Positions 40,427 through 49,348 of a stretch of 64,000 bases of DNA are shown here, piece after piece. Position 1 is the stretch's first letter; every line of letters starts with the position of its first letter. The DNA lies in contig CAWHVC010000005.1 of the NCBI GenBank assembly GCA_963832745.1, positions 192,001-256,000 of the forward strand. Reading direction: 5' to 3'. The notes beneath the pieces were generated by a model. That model was not told the DNA's origin. It saw nothing but the letters and a program-made list of their open reading frames with translations, and did not search any database. The DNA is from Candidatus Bathyarchaeota archaeon (GTDB lineage: Archaea > Thermoproteota > Bathyarchaeia > Bathyarchaeales > Bathycorpusculaceae). A program made the position numbers and the translations under genes.

Positions 40427-40481
40427 AATTAGGCGAATATGGAACTATAATTGGTTATGAATTTCTAATCAATAAGAAAAA

Positions 40482-41162
40482 CTAGCGAAGGTAGTTTATG
40501 TTTATGCTTGGATTCAACGCTAGCCCCGGTTTTGCGAGGAGTTCTACGAACCTGTAGCCTTTTGTTGGGTGGAACATGTTTGCCGACGCACAACTTCGGA
40601 CTATCCATGCGGTGTCTAAACCCATTTCTGTTCCAGCCGCCGCATAAACCAGTTCGCCCTCAGGAATCAAGCCTGCGTCGGTTGCCATCAAAACCGTTTC
40701 CAAGCAAACCAGCGTGCCCGGCGAGATGAGCTCAAGGGTTTTGGCGACTATGTCGAGTGAAGTGGTTTTTCTTAGGTGTAGCCGCATGGAAAAGGTGGGA
40801 CCGAAGAGGGGGATGGTTCCGCGGACTGTTTCAACGGCCAGTTCCTTGAGTTTGTCCTTGTTTTCAGGTGTTATGCTTAATGGGACGCGGTCGAGTTGGC
40901 GTTTTTGCCATTCTTCCCTTCGTGCTTTGAGTTCGGGGATTTTATCGAAGAGATCAGCGTTCATAGCGTTAACTTCCCAAAACATGCCTTGTGGACAAGT
41001 TACGCAGATGATTTTGCGGTCTTTGATTTGCTGTGCGGTTTTGACGGCGCTATCGCCAGTAACTGAAGCTACGACCAAGGTTTCAGGTGGCGTAGGCATG
41101 TTTTTTAGAATGTCGATTACTTGTTGAGTGTTTACTGGCCCGGGGCGTTCAAAGACCTTCAT
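40482..41162 (-). CDS. Pyruvate-kinase C-terminal-like conserved protein (COG1751-like)
   Basis: FERPGPVNT, VVASVTGDSA, VCLETVLMATDAGLIP, GLDTA. Confidence 0.75.
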   Translation of the reverse strand: MKVFERPGPVNTQQVIDILKNMPTPPETLVVASVTGDSAVKTAQQIKDRKIICVTCPQGMFWEVNAMNADLFDKIPELKARREEWQKRQLDRVPLSITPENKDKLKELAVETVRGTIPLFGPTFSMRLHLRKTTSLDIVAKTLELISPGTLVCLETVLMATDAGLIPEGELVYAAAGTEMGLDTAWIVRSCASANMFHPTKGYRFVELLAKPGLALNPSININYLR

Positions 41163-41217
41163 GCTTAATCCTCAAACAAGTAAGCACAAGTTAGCCATTA
41201 AAAAGTAACTGTTCAAA

Positions 41218-42000
41218 CTATGCAGCGATAACAGCGTGGGCAAGCAGCAACACCGCATAGAAAGCAGAGCCAACAAGGAAGAGGGCGAGGCTTTGTTTTC
41301 TTGACTCGGAAGGTATCTCGTTTTTTATTGAAGTGTAAAGTATACTTCCGGAAATAAATGCCAGCAACACGTAAATTTCTGCCAGATGCTCTGGAAACAG
41401 CACAGAAATACCCCACCCAGCAAGCGGCATAACAGCAGCAATGTAACGTCCAACATGGATTTGGTAATGTTTGTAGTGTTCAACCATGTCGTCGCTTGAA
41501 ATAAAAAAGTGCAACGCAATGGCAAAGGTGTAGAGAAAACCTGTTACAAAACCAGCTTGAAACTCAAAAACCAAAAGGTAACTTAGAATCAGGTTCATGA
41601 AAGCGTAGCTGATGAAGTGTACGATGAACACTTTTTTGTCTGCGGCAGTTTGATTGTAACCCTGCTGGGTTATAGCTTGGTTTCTGATGCGAGAACGCTT
41701 GGCAAGGTGTTCAAGAACAAAAAACAGCAAGAACCCAACAAAAACCACAAGAAAAATGGCGTCCTCATAGACAGCGACAAGTTGGCTTGCGCCAGCCACC
41801 TGTTTAAGATAAACGCCTGCCTGCTCAAGGCTTGGCAGCAAATCCAAAAACACGTAAGCCGCTGCTACCCCGCCGAAGAAAGATAGAACCCGCCGTTTAT
41901 GTTGCTCAATATATTGTAGCAGTCGAAGGGTGTAGAAGCTGATTAACGCAAAAATCAGCGCTGCCACAAAAGAGAAAACGGTTTCAGGCAAAACGGGCAA
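41218..42000 (-). CDS. ZIP-like metal transporter family membrane protein
   Basis: SFFGGVAAAYVFLDLLP, IALHFF, LAFISGSILY...EIP. Confidence 0.6.
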   Translation of the reverse strand: MPVLPETVFSFVAALIFALISFYTLRLLQYIEQHKRRVLSFFGGVAAAYVFLDLLPSLEQAGVYLKQVAGASQLVAVYEDAIFLVVFVGFLLFFVLEHLAKRSRIRNQAITQQGYNQTAADKKVFIVHFISYAFMNLILSYLLVFEFQAGFVTGFLYTFAIALHFFISSDDMVEHYKHYQIHVGRYIAAVMPLAGWGISVLFPEHLAEIYVLLAFISGSILYTSIKNEIPSESRKQSLALFLVGSAFYAVLLLAHAVIAA

Positions 42001-42083
42001 TTTTTTGTCTCCAAAACTACGGTTAAGAAAAGATGAGGTGACAGTTTATTTTAACGCTTCTACAGTAACCTACTTTAGACCAA

Positions 42084-42165
42084 CCTATTTGGCATCTATT
42101 TGGATCCTAATAGAAATAGTATGCAGAAACCTATAAAGGGTAGGTCAGTAATGGCTGAAAAAAGG
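42084..42165 (+). repeat. Dispersed intergenic repeat copy (degenerate)
   Basis: CTATTTGGATCCTAATAG...AAACCTATAAAGGGTAGG...TAATGGCTGAAAAA shared with the 56972-57080 copy. Confidence 0.6.
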
Positions 42166-42287
42166 TCCACGAACATGACGAAATCCTGAAGTAATTCTCC
42201 CTGTTAAAGGTAACTTGTCAAATCTTTTACGATAAAGGTTAAAAGTGTAAAACCGTTTTATCCATTCATCTTAGAAAATTTGGATAC

Positions 42288-43568
42288 GTGTTTGATATGG
42301 CTAAATCATCTGTTATTTCTGGCTTCTATAAACTTACGCCAAAAGAGCGGCTTGCGATTGTGAAAGATTTCGCAGGCTTAACTGACGAAGAAACACGCCT
42401 TCTTGAGCAGACCGGCGCTTTGCCCATTGACTTGGTTGACCACATGGTTGAAAATGCCATTGGAGTCTTCCCAGAACCACTTGGCATCGGCGCAAACTTC
42501 CTAATCAACGGCATAGAATACCTCATTCCAATGGCAACCGAAGAACCCAGCGTCATTGCCGCAGCCAGCTATGCAGCAAAAATGGTTCGTGAAGGCGGAG
42601 GATTTCACACAAGCAGCACTGCACCAGTCATGATTGGACAAATCCAAGTTTGCAAACTCCAAAACGCGCAAGAAGCTAAAGACAAAATTTTAGCTGCTAA
42701 AGAGCGAATTATCAAAAAAGCTAACGATCAAGACCCAATCCTTAACCAGTACGGTGGAGGAGCTAAAGACCTTGGAGCCAGAGTTATCGACACAACCATG
42801 GGACCGATGCTTATTGTTGAATTGTACGTGGACTGCCGAGACGCTATGGGCGCCAACGCCGTTAACACGATGGCTGAAGCCTGTGCTCCATTGATTGAAG
42901 AAATCACTAGCGGACACGTTTACCTAAGAATCCTCACAAACCTTGCCACTAAACGTTTAGTTCGGGCAACCTGTATTGTTCCTAAAGAGGCAGTTGGCGG
43001 AGAAGCAGCCGTTGAAGGCATCGCTTACGCTTCCGCTTTTGCAGCAGCAGACCCATACCGTGCAGCAACCCATAACAAAGGCGCATTAAACGGCATAATC
43101 GCAGTTGTCCTCGCCACGGGAAACGACCACCGCGCAATCGAAGCAGGCGCACACGCATACGCAGCCATAAACGGCCAATACACAAGCTTCTCAAAATGGA
43201 CAAAAAACCAAAACGGCGACTTAGAAGGCGCAATCGAGCTACCAATGGCTGTCGGATTAATCGGCGGCGCAGTAAGAACCCATCCAATCGCAAAAATCTG
43301 CATGAAAATCCTCGGCGTAAAATCAGCCAACGAATTCGGCGAAGTCCTAGCCGCAGTTGGTTTAGCACAAAACCTCGCTGCCCTACGTGCCCTATCAAAT
43401 GAAGGAATCCAGCGTGGACACATGTCGCTTCATGCAAGAAACGTTGCCATAAACGCAGGCGCACCAGCAGAACTTGTAGACCAAATTGCAGAACGTATGG
43501 CTAAAGAACGTAAAGTCAACTCACAACGTGCCAAAGAAATACTGGAAGAATTAACCAAAAAACCATAA
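42288..43568 (+). CDS. mvaA: HMG-CoA reductase, class II
   Basis: ENAIG, PMATEEPSVIAA, DAMGANAVN, ATHNKG, EGIQRGHMSLH. Confidence 0.92.
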   Translation: MFDMAKSSVISGFYKLTPKERLAIVKDFAGLTDEETRLLEQTGALPIDLVDHMVENAIGVFPEPLGIGANFLINGIEYLIPMATEEPSVIAAASYAAKMVREGGGFHTSSTAPVMIGQIQVCKLQNAQEAKDKILAAKERIIKKANDQDPILNQYGGGAKDLGARVIDTTMGPMLIVELYVDCRDAMGANAVNTMAEACAPLIEEITSGHVYLRILTNLATKRLVRATCIVPKEAVGGEAAVEGIAYASAFAAADPYRAATHNKGALNGIIAVVLATGNDHRAIEAGAHAYAAINGQYTSFSKWTKNQNGDLEGAIELPMAVGLIGGAVRTHPIAKICMKILGVKSANEFGEVLAAVGLAQNLAALRALSNEGIQRGHMSLHARNVAINAGAPAELVDQIAERMAKERKVNSQRAKEILEELTKKP

Positions 43569-43597
43569 TTTACCCTTTTTTAGGGGACCTGACTTTT

Positions 43598-43867
43598 TTG
43601 AAGATTTTGCTTGACGAAATGTATGCCGGTTTGAAAGAGTATTTTGAAGCTTTAGGCTACAATGTTATTACTGCTCAGGAAGCTGGCTTAAAAGGGGTTA
43701 AAGACCGAGAAATCGTAGAATACGCCAAAACGCATGACCTGCTATTAGTAACTCAGGATGCAAAACCAGCAGAACTTGCAGAGTTAACAGGCGTCAAATG
43801 CGTACTCATTTCAAACCTGATGATTGCAAAAGTGGCAGACGCAAAAATCCGGCAACTGTACCCTTAA
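43598..43867 (+). CDS. DUF5615/Mut7-C-like PIN-domain protein
   Basis: MKILLDEM...GYNV...GVKDREIVEYA....LLVTQD. Confidence 0.8.
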   Translation: MKILLDEMYAGLKEYFEALGYNVITAQEAGLKGVKDREIVEYAKTHDLLLVTQDAKPAELAELTGVKCVLISNLMIAKVADAKIRQLYP

Positions 43868-44025
43868 TTGTCTCTTTGTACGAATTCTTTGTATGCCCAA
43901 GCTGGCACTTTTCGAATGCTATTTTCGTCTTCAATAATTGTCAGATGGGTTGTCTTGAAATTTATCAGTAAGGCCTTGTTTCGCCAGTTTTTTATGGCTT
44001 GGCTTTTTCTATGAAACAGCCTCAA
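43864..44025 (-). CDS. 53-aa hypothetical microprotein (not in ORF track)
   Basis: TTG start after GGAGAAGG; MRLFHRKSQAIKNWRNKALLINFKTTHLTIIEDENSIRKVPAWAYKEFVQRDN. Confidence 0.4.
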   Translation of the reverse strand: MRLFHRKSQAIKNWRNKALLINFKTTHLTIIEDENSIRKVPAWAYKEFVQRDN

Positions 44026-44122
44026 AAATATGCCTTCTCCTTTCTCCCTGTAAACAAAAAAGGGAAAGGCGCCTTAAAAGCCCTATTTTTAAATTCATAA
44101 TATTTCAGAAACCGAATAAAAA

Positions 44123-44698
44123 TTAGAACGTTAAAGCGATACTTTTCAGGTACCGGTTCCACAGGTAAGCTGCAGCGTAGCCGGCAGTGGCTCCAGTTGC
44201 AGGACCCATAAACATGACCATTGCGTCAAGGAAAAAGCTTCTTTGAATAAACAACGTCATATTTGGAAGTCCAGCTTGAATGAAAACATATGCTGGAAGT
44301 ATAACACTGGCGCCGTAAGTGATTATGCCAATTAGCATAGTACTAACTGCCATTGCCGCCATGAGTCGGTTACGGTTAACTCCCTGATAGGAGCCTTTTA
44401 TTCTGAAAACAAACAGGGCAATATCCACTAAAACACCAAACAGCACTGAAGCAATAAACGTAAACAAACCCAACCCAGGGCTACCCAACGCTGTCAGCAA
44501 CCCACCAACTGCACCTGCATATGTTCCGCCCACGTTTTTGATAAACAATCCACTAAGCGCCAAAAGCACAGCTTGGAGTACGATGAACATGTAATTGATT
44601 GGGGGCGGCAGGAACACGTTGACTACAAAAATGATTGAGCCAAACAGTGAAGCGATAAAGATGCGTTTTAGTCTGTGCGTTTGATTGTTCCCCTTGAT
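44123..44698 (-). CDS. Membrane protein resembling an ECF S-component; start upstream of the called GTG, probably non-canonical
   Basis: About 5-6 TMs, GGTYAGAVGGLL; the frame stays open to 44716 and adds a first TM (RIFIASLFGSIIFVV). Confidence 0.6.
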   Translation of the reverse strand: MKGNNQTHRLKRIFIASLFGSIIFVVNVFLPPPINYMFIVLQAVLLALSGLFIKNVGGTYAGAVGGLLTALGSPGLGLFTFIASVLFGVLVDIALFVFRIKGSYQGVNRNRLMAAMAVSTMLIGIITYGASVILPAYVFIQAGLPNMTLFIQRSFFLDAMVMFMGPATGATAGYAAAYLWNRYLKSIALTF

Positions 44699-44883
44699 GC
44701 TATAGATTTGCTTTATTCACTAAAAAACTTTGATGCAATTGTCCAATGCAATGCCCCGTTTTTGAGTTAAGTTTTTGTATCGGAATTTTAACGATAGCTA
44801 TAAATTGTAAGCCTGATATAAATTGTAAATGTTTTAATATTTGAGTCATAAATGTAAAAAAGTTAGGAGAGCACGGTAAAAAG

Positions 44884-45633
44884 TTGAGCACTCACGCAGA
44901 GGACTTAAAACTAAGATTAATGACTATCGAACTTTTGCGTACAGCAAAATATAAACGCAATATTACTTACCGCGAATTAGCTGCAAAAACTGGCTTGCCA
45001 GTTACGGTTTTAAGCAGGTACGCGAAAGGTCACGTCCTCCCAAACACTACGCGAGCAAAACAACTTTGGCGGGTACTTACAAAACTTGTCGGTTTAGAAG
45101 CAGAACTTCGAAGCAGAATCAAATTCGATGATATAGGCTATTTTGATAACACAGAAATCGTGGGAGACTACAACATTCTCCAACAAGCCGCAAACCATGC
45201 ATTAGCAAACTTTGCAGGGAAACGTGTCACAAAAGTCTTAACCGCAGCAGTCGACGGCGTCCCCTTAGGTACAATGGTTGCAAACGCGCTTGGCGTGAAC
45301 CTCATCGTTGCTAAACGAAACAAAGAAGTCGGCGTAAAAGGCTTCCTTGAAGAAACCTATATTCTCGGACGCGACTCAGGCGTAACCGTCACATTGTATA
45401 TTCCAAAAGATGCCATCAAAAAACGTGACAGCGTACTTATCGTTGATGACATGATTAAAAGCGGGGAAACACAAGAAGCCCTCGTAAACCTGACAAAGAA
45501 GGCAAAAGCTGAGGTTTCAGGAATCTTCTCATTAATTGCTATCGGTGAAGAATGGCGTAAACGCCTCAAAGGCGGTCAAGACTCCCCAGTTGAAGTGGTA
45601 ACCCACTTAAAATCCCCCTTTGACAACTCCTAA
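44884..45633 (+). CDS. HTH-phosphoribosyltransferase fusion (PurR-like archaeal regulator)
   Basis: TYRELAAKTGLPVTVLSRYAKGHVLP HTH; VLIVDDMIKSGET PRPP loop. Confidence 0.85.
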   Translation: MSTHAEDLKLRLMTIELLRTAKYKRNITYRELAAKTGLPVTVLSRYAKGHVLPNTTRAKQLWRVLTKLVGLEAELRSRIKFDDIGYFDNTEIVGDYNILQQAANHALANFAGKRVTKVLTAAVDGVPLGTMVANALGVNLIVAKRNKEVGVKGFLEETYILGRDSGVTVTLYIPKDAIKKRDSVLIVDDMIKSGETQEALVNLTKKAKAEVSGIFSLIAIGEEWRKRLKGGQDSPVEVVTHLKSPFDNS

Positions 45634-45943
45634 ACCTTTATTTTAGGTTGCATAATTTTTTCAAGCGGTAATAATTGGAATCACTTAGAGAAACCATATT
45701 ATCTATACTCAGCCTTTTGGGTTTTACAGTGCTTTAGTGATTTTAGTTTTGTTTGGCACAAATATTGTAAGCCTTGAAACGTTTAGTTTCTTGGTGAACA
45801 ATTCTTTATTTTGATGGCAGTGGCGACGTTGGCTGTTTACGCCTTTTTGCTGCAAAAAACCTCAAACATAGAGACCTAAAGGGAATTTTTAGCGTAATAC
45901 TCTTAATGTAGCCGCACTAATCATTGCATCGAGGCATACTTTA

Positions 45944-46963
45944 ATGCGCATGATAAAATGGGAAAACGGAACTGTAATCACCCCAGATCAAACCAAGTTA
46001 CCTCTTGAAGAAGTCACATTAAAATTAACTACTGTTGACCAAATGGCTGAAGCCATAAAAATGCTCCGCGTACGAGGCGCACCCTTACTTGGCGCAGCAG
46101 CAGCGTTTGGCGTTGCACTAGGTGCTTACAATTCAAAAGCAAAAACTCTTCCTGAACTGCTCTCCGACTTGGAAGCCACTGGAGCAATGATAAAACTGCA
46201 AAGACCCACCGCAGTTAACCTGTTCTGGGGAACCGACCGCGTCCTAAACATGGCAAGGGCCTTCAAAGGTGATGCTGACGAACTACGGGCAGCTGTTGTT
46301 TTGGAAGCGCAGAAGATTGCGGATGAAGATGCCGCCCAGAATTACGCGATCGGCAAAAACGGCGCTGCATTAATCGAAGACGGCGACACAATTTTAACCC
46401 ACTGTAACGCCGGCGAATTAGCTACCGTAGAATATGGAACGGCACTGGGGGTTATTCGTGCTGCTTGGGAGCAAGGCAAAAAAATCAAGGTCATCGCCGA
46501 CGAGACTCGCCCATTACTTCAGGGTGCACGGTTAACAACTTACGAGTTGATGCGTGACGGCATTCCAGTGACGTTGATTACTGATAATATGGCTGCTTAT
46601 GTTATGAGCAAAGGTCTTGTCGACAAAGTGGTCGTGGGTGCTGACCGTATCGTTCAAGACGCGGTTTTTAACAAGATTGGCACTTATGGCGTGGCAGTTC
46701 TTGCGCATGAACATGAAATACCCTTCTATGTGGCTGCACCCAAAAGTACTTTCGATTTAACCTGCAAAGCCGCAGAGGTCACTATTGAGGAACGCAAACC
46801 CGACGAAGTCACGCACGTTGGTTGCCAGCAGACTGCTCCTAACAGCGTTAAAGTCATGAACCCCGCGTTTGATGCTACACCGTTAAAGTATGTGTCAGCT
46901 ATCATTTGTGAAACGCAGGTTTACTATCCAAAGGATTTCGAAACTTTCAAAAAAGGAAAATGA
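45944..46963 (+). CDS. mtnA: Methylthioribose-1-phosphate isomerase
   Basis: DQTKLP, VRGAP, RPTAVNL, THCNAG.LAT, ETRPLLQGARLT, NKIGTY, NPAFD. Confidence 0.9.
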   Translation: MRMIKWENGTVITPDQTKLPLEEVTLKLTTVDQMAEAIKMLRVRGAPLLGAAAAFGVALGAYNSKAKTLPELLSDLEATGAMIKLQRPTAVNLFWGTDRVLNMARAFKGDADELRAAVVLEAQKIADEDAAQNYAIGKNGAALIEDGDTILTHCNAGELATVEYGTALGVIRAAWEQGKKIKVIADETRPLLQGARLTTYELMRDGIPVTLITDNMAAYVMSKGLVDKVVVGADRIVQDAVFNKIGTYGVAVLAHEHEIPFYVAAPKSTFDLTCKAAEVTIEERKPDEVTHVGCQQTAPNSVKVMNPAFDATPLKYVSAIICETQVYYPKDFETFKKGK

Positions 46964-46967
46964 CTGC

Positions 46968-47591
46968 TTAGTACGTAGTTGGCATTGGTCGGCTCCAAGA
47001 ATCCGGGTTCTGGTACTTGATTGCTGGCGAATTGTCTTCTTCTATTTCTTTTTTAGTTACCATTTTGCTAATTGTTTCAAGCAGTTCTCTGTGGTGGTCT
47101 TCGTCAGCGATTATTTTTATAAACAGTTTTTTTGTGCTGCTTAGGTCAATGTTGTATTTAGCGTTGATTTCTTTCACCAATACTTCAAGAGTGTTTAACT
47201 GCACAAAAATGTAGTATTCTTCGCCCATTATACTTTCAAAATATGTCAATTCCTTAACAAGCCACTGTATGTTTTCAGTGTCTATTTTTTGCGTTTTTGC
47301 GATTTCTTTTTGCGCTTTAGCCATGATGTCCCAAGATTGCCCAATTTTTTTTCCGCATTCTTTAGGGTTGACGTTGGTTTGTTTGATGCTTTTGCTTATT
47401 CCTTCAAGTATTGTGTAATGTTTTTGGCTGTCGATTGCTATTTCTTGGAAGAGCATTTTTACAAATGGCATATCTGTTTTGTCTGCAATGGAGTTGTATA
47501 GTTGGCTGGTACCGTTTTCTAGGCTGCTTAAGCAATGGATGTATTCTGCTAGGGTTTTAGACTCGTTTTGCTGGTTCCTTCTGACATTGAT
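46968..47591 (-). CDS. Ferritin/rubrerythrin-like four-helix protein; N-terminus extends beyond the called ATG
   Basis: IAIDSQKH, ESIMGEEY and ADEDHH motifs; the upstream frame adds LAEYIHCLSSLENGTSQLY. Confidence 0.6.
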   Translation of the reverse strand: MNVRRNQQNESKTLAEYIHCLSSLENGTSQLYNSIADKTDMPFVKMLFQEIAIDSQKHYTILEGISKSIKQTNVNPKECGKKIGQSWDIMAKAQKEIAKTQKIDTENIQWLVKELTYFESIMGEEYYIFVQLNTLEVLVKEINAKYNIDLSSTKKLFIKIIADEDHHRELLETISKMVTKKEIEEDNSPAIKYQNPDSWSRPMPTTY

Positions 47592-47751
47592 AGTTTTGTT
47601 ATTAAACGGTTATGAACTGCCAATTCACTATTTCGAATTAACCTTGCTCAAGCAATTCTTCGAGATATTATTTTCTTAACTTAAAATTTGCCGCTTAAAG
47701 CCATAACGTTAAAGAGCAAAGTAAAATTAAAAATTAACAGTTGATTTAACT

Positions 47752-48309
47752 TTGAGCGATACCAACACCAAAAAAGCAGCACCCGTTGAATTCCAAACCA
47801 GCGGCAAACTGGCAGCAAAAGGCGTAACAGTAACCGAACAAAGCAACATTGACGCGCTCTCATCACGAGGATACGGTACAACCGAAACCAAAATCCTAAC
47901 TTTAACATTCTTTGAAGCACTCTACCTGCAAGACAAGGGCATGCTAACCGTAAAAGACGACCAAAACATGCAAGTCGATTTCCAAACCGTATTGCACGCT
48001 TACGAAGCTGTTGACGAAAACGCTTGGGTAAACTATCTTGTTTACCGTGATTTACGGAGCCGCGGTTACGTGGTACGGGAAGGGTTTGGTGTCGGAACAG
48101 AATTTCGAGTTTATGAACGTGGAGCATACGGCAAAGACTCCGCATCCTACATGGTACTTGGAACACAAGAAGGAAAACCCTTAGGTATCGACATTTTGGC
48201 TGACGTCTTGCAGCAATGTCAAAACCAAAAGAAAGAACTTGTCTTAGCCGTTATGAACCGCCGTGGAGAAATCGTGTACTATTCAGTTTCACAGTTAACT
48301 TTCAAGTAA
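47752..48309 (+). CDS. tRNA-intron endonuclease, structural (beta) subunit
   Basis: RGYG, EALYL, YLVYRDLRSRGYVVREG, FRVYERG; lacks the catalytic His. Confidence 0.8.
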   Translation: MSDTNTKKAAPVEFQTSGKLAAKGVTVTEQSNIDALSSRGYGTTETKILTLTFFEALYLQDKGMLTVKDDQNMQVDFQTVLHAYEAVDENAWVNYLVYRDLRSRGYVVREGFGVGTEFRVYERGAYGKDSASYMVLGTQEGKPLGIDILADVLQQCQNQKKELVLAVMNRRGEIVYYSVSQLTFK

Positions 48310-48321
48310 GATGAATGCTTA

Positions 48322-49119
48322 ATGGCTAAAAACTATGTTTGGAACGCAAAAGATTACCAAAAAAACTCTCAAAACCAGTACGCTTGGGCACAAGAATTAA
48401 TCCCCAAACTGCACCTTTCAGGAAACGAAACCCTGCTTGACATCGGCTGCGGCGATGGAAAAATAACCGCTGAAATCGCAAAAGTCATCCCAAACGGCAG
48501 AGTCATCGGCATAGACAGCAGCCCAGAAATGATAAACCTTGCCCAAACGCTTTTCCCACAAAACGATTACCCCCACCTAAGCTTCCAACTGGCAGATGCA
48601 AGAAACTTTGTTTTCCAAGAAATCTTTGACCGCGTCTTCTCAAACGCGGCATTGCATTGGATACCTAACCAGTCGGCTGTTCTTTTTTGTGTAGAAAGAT
48701 GCATGAAGCCTGGCGGTAAACTCTTGTTTCAAATGGCCGGCAAAGGTAACGCCCAAAACATCATAAACATTTTAGACGAAATGTTGAAGGTTGAACCTTG
48801 GCAGCAGTATTTTGAGGGCTTCAAGTTTCCTTATGGCTTCTTTGACCCTAAAGAGTATACTGCCTTTTTAGAAGAGGCTGATTTGAAACCGTTGCGTGTG
48901 GAACTGTTCCCTAAGGAAATGAAGCATCAGGGTGCTGAAGGCTTAGCTGGCTGGGTACGCACAACATGGCTGCCATTTACAGAAAAATTACCAGCAAACC
49001 TTAAACCTAAATTCGTAGATGAACTGGTAACACGCTACATTCAGAAGCATCCCGCAGACAACGACGGCATGGTCCATGTAGGCATGATGCGTCTAGAAGT
49101 AGAAGCAAAAAAACCATAA
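48322..49119 (+). CDS. Class I SAM-dependent methyltransferase (Tam-like)
   Basis: LLDIGCGDG, GIDSSPEMI, FSNAALHW. Confidence 0.88.
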   Translation: MAKNYVWNAKDYQKNSQNQYAWAQELIPKLHLSGNETLLDIGCGDGKITAEIAKVIPNGRVIGIDSSPEMINLAQTLFPQNDYPHLSFQLADARNFVFQEIFDRVFSNAALHWIPNQSAVLFCVERCMKPGGKLLFQMAGKGNAQNIINILDEMLKVEPWQQYFEGFKFPYGFFDPKEYTAFLEEADLKPLRVELFPKEMKHQGAEGLAGWVRTTWLPFTEKLPANLKPKFVDELVTRYIQKHPADNDGMVHVGMMRLEVEAKKP

Positions 49120-49129
49120 CAAACTTTTT

Positions 49130-49246
49130 CTTTTTCTACTTTTCAACATACTAATGGCTTGAAAAAGCGTCAATAGCACCTAACCCTAAAGGTTTCAACA
49201 TAGAACCCCTAATAGGCTCCAAACAGGGGGATAAATAGGCTGTCAA
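49130..49246 (-). repeat. Dispersed intergenic repeat copy
   Basis: Reverse complement CCTGTTTGGAGCCTATTAGGGGTTCTATGTTGAAACCT...AGGTGCTA...AGTATGTTGAAAA matches the 56972-57100 copy. Confidence 0.7.
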
Positions 49247-49348
49247 AACATCATTGCCCTATCTAAAAATTGGTTAGTCAAGAATGTTTGACGAAAACTC
49301 TTTTATTGCATTTTTTTTAACCTGAATTCCATAGAGGCTGGTAAAGGT

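Noticed and set aside
45676-45880. Possible decayed small membrane-protein gene on the + strand
   Set aside because: Needs two frameshifts, and hydrophobic translation is expected from T-rich DNA
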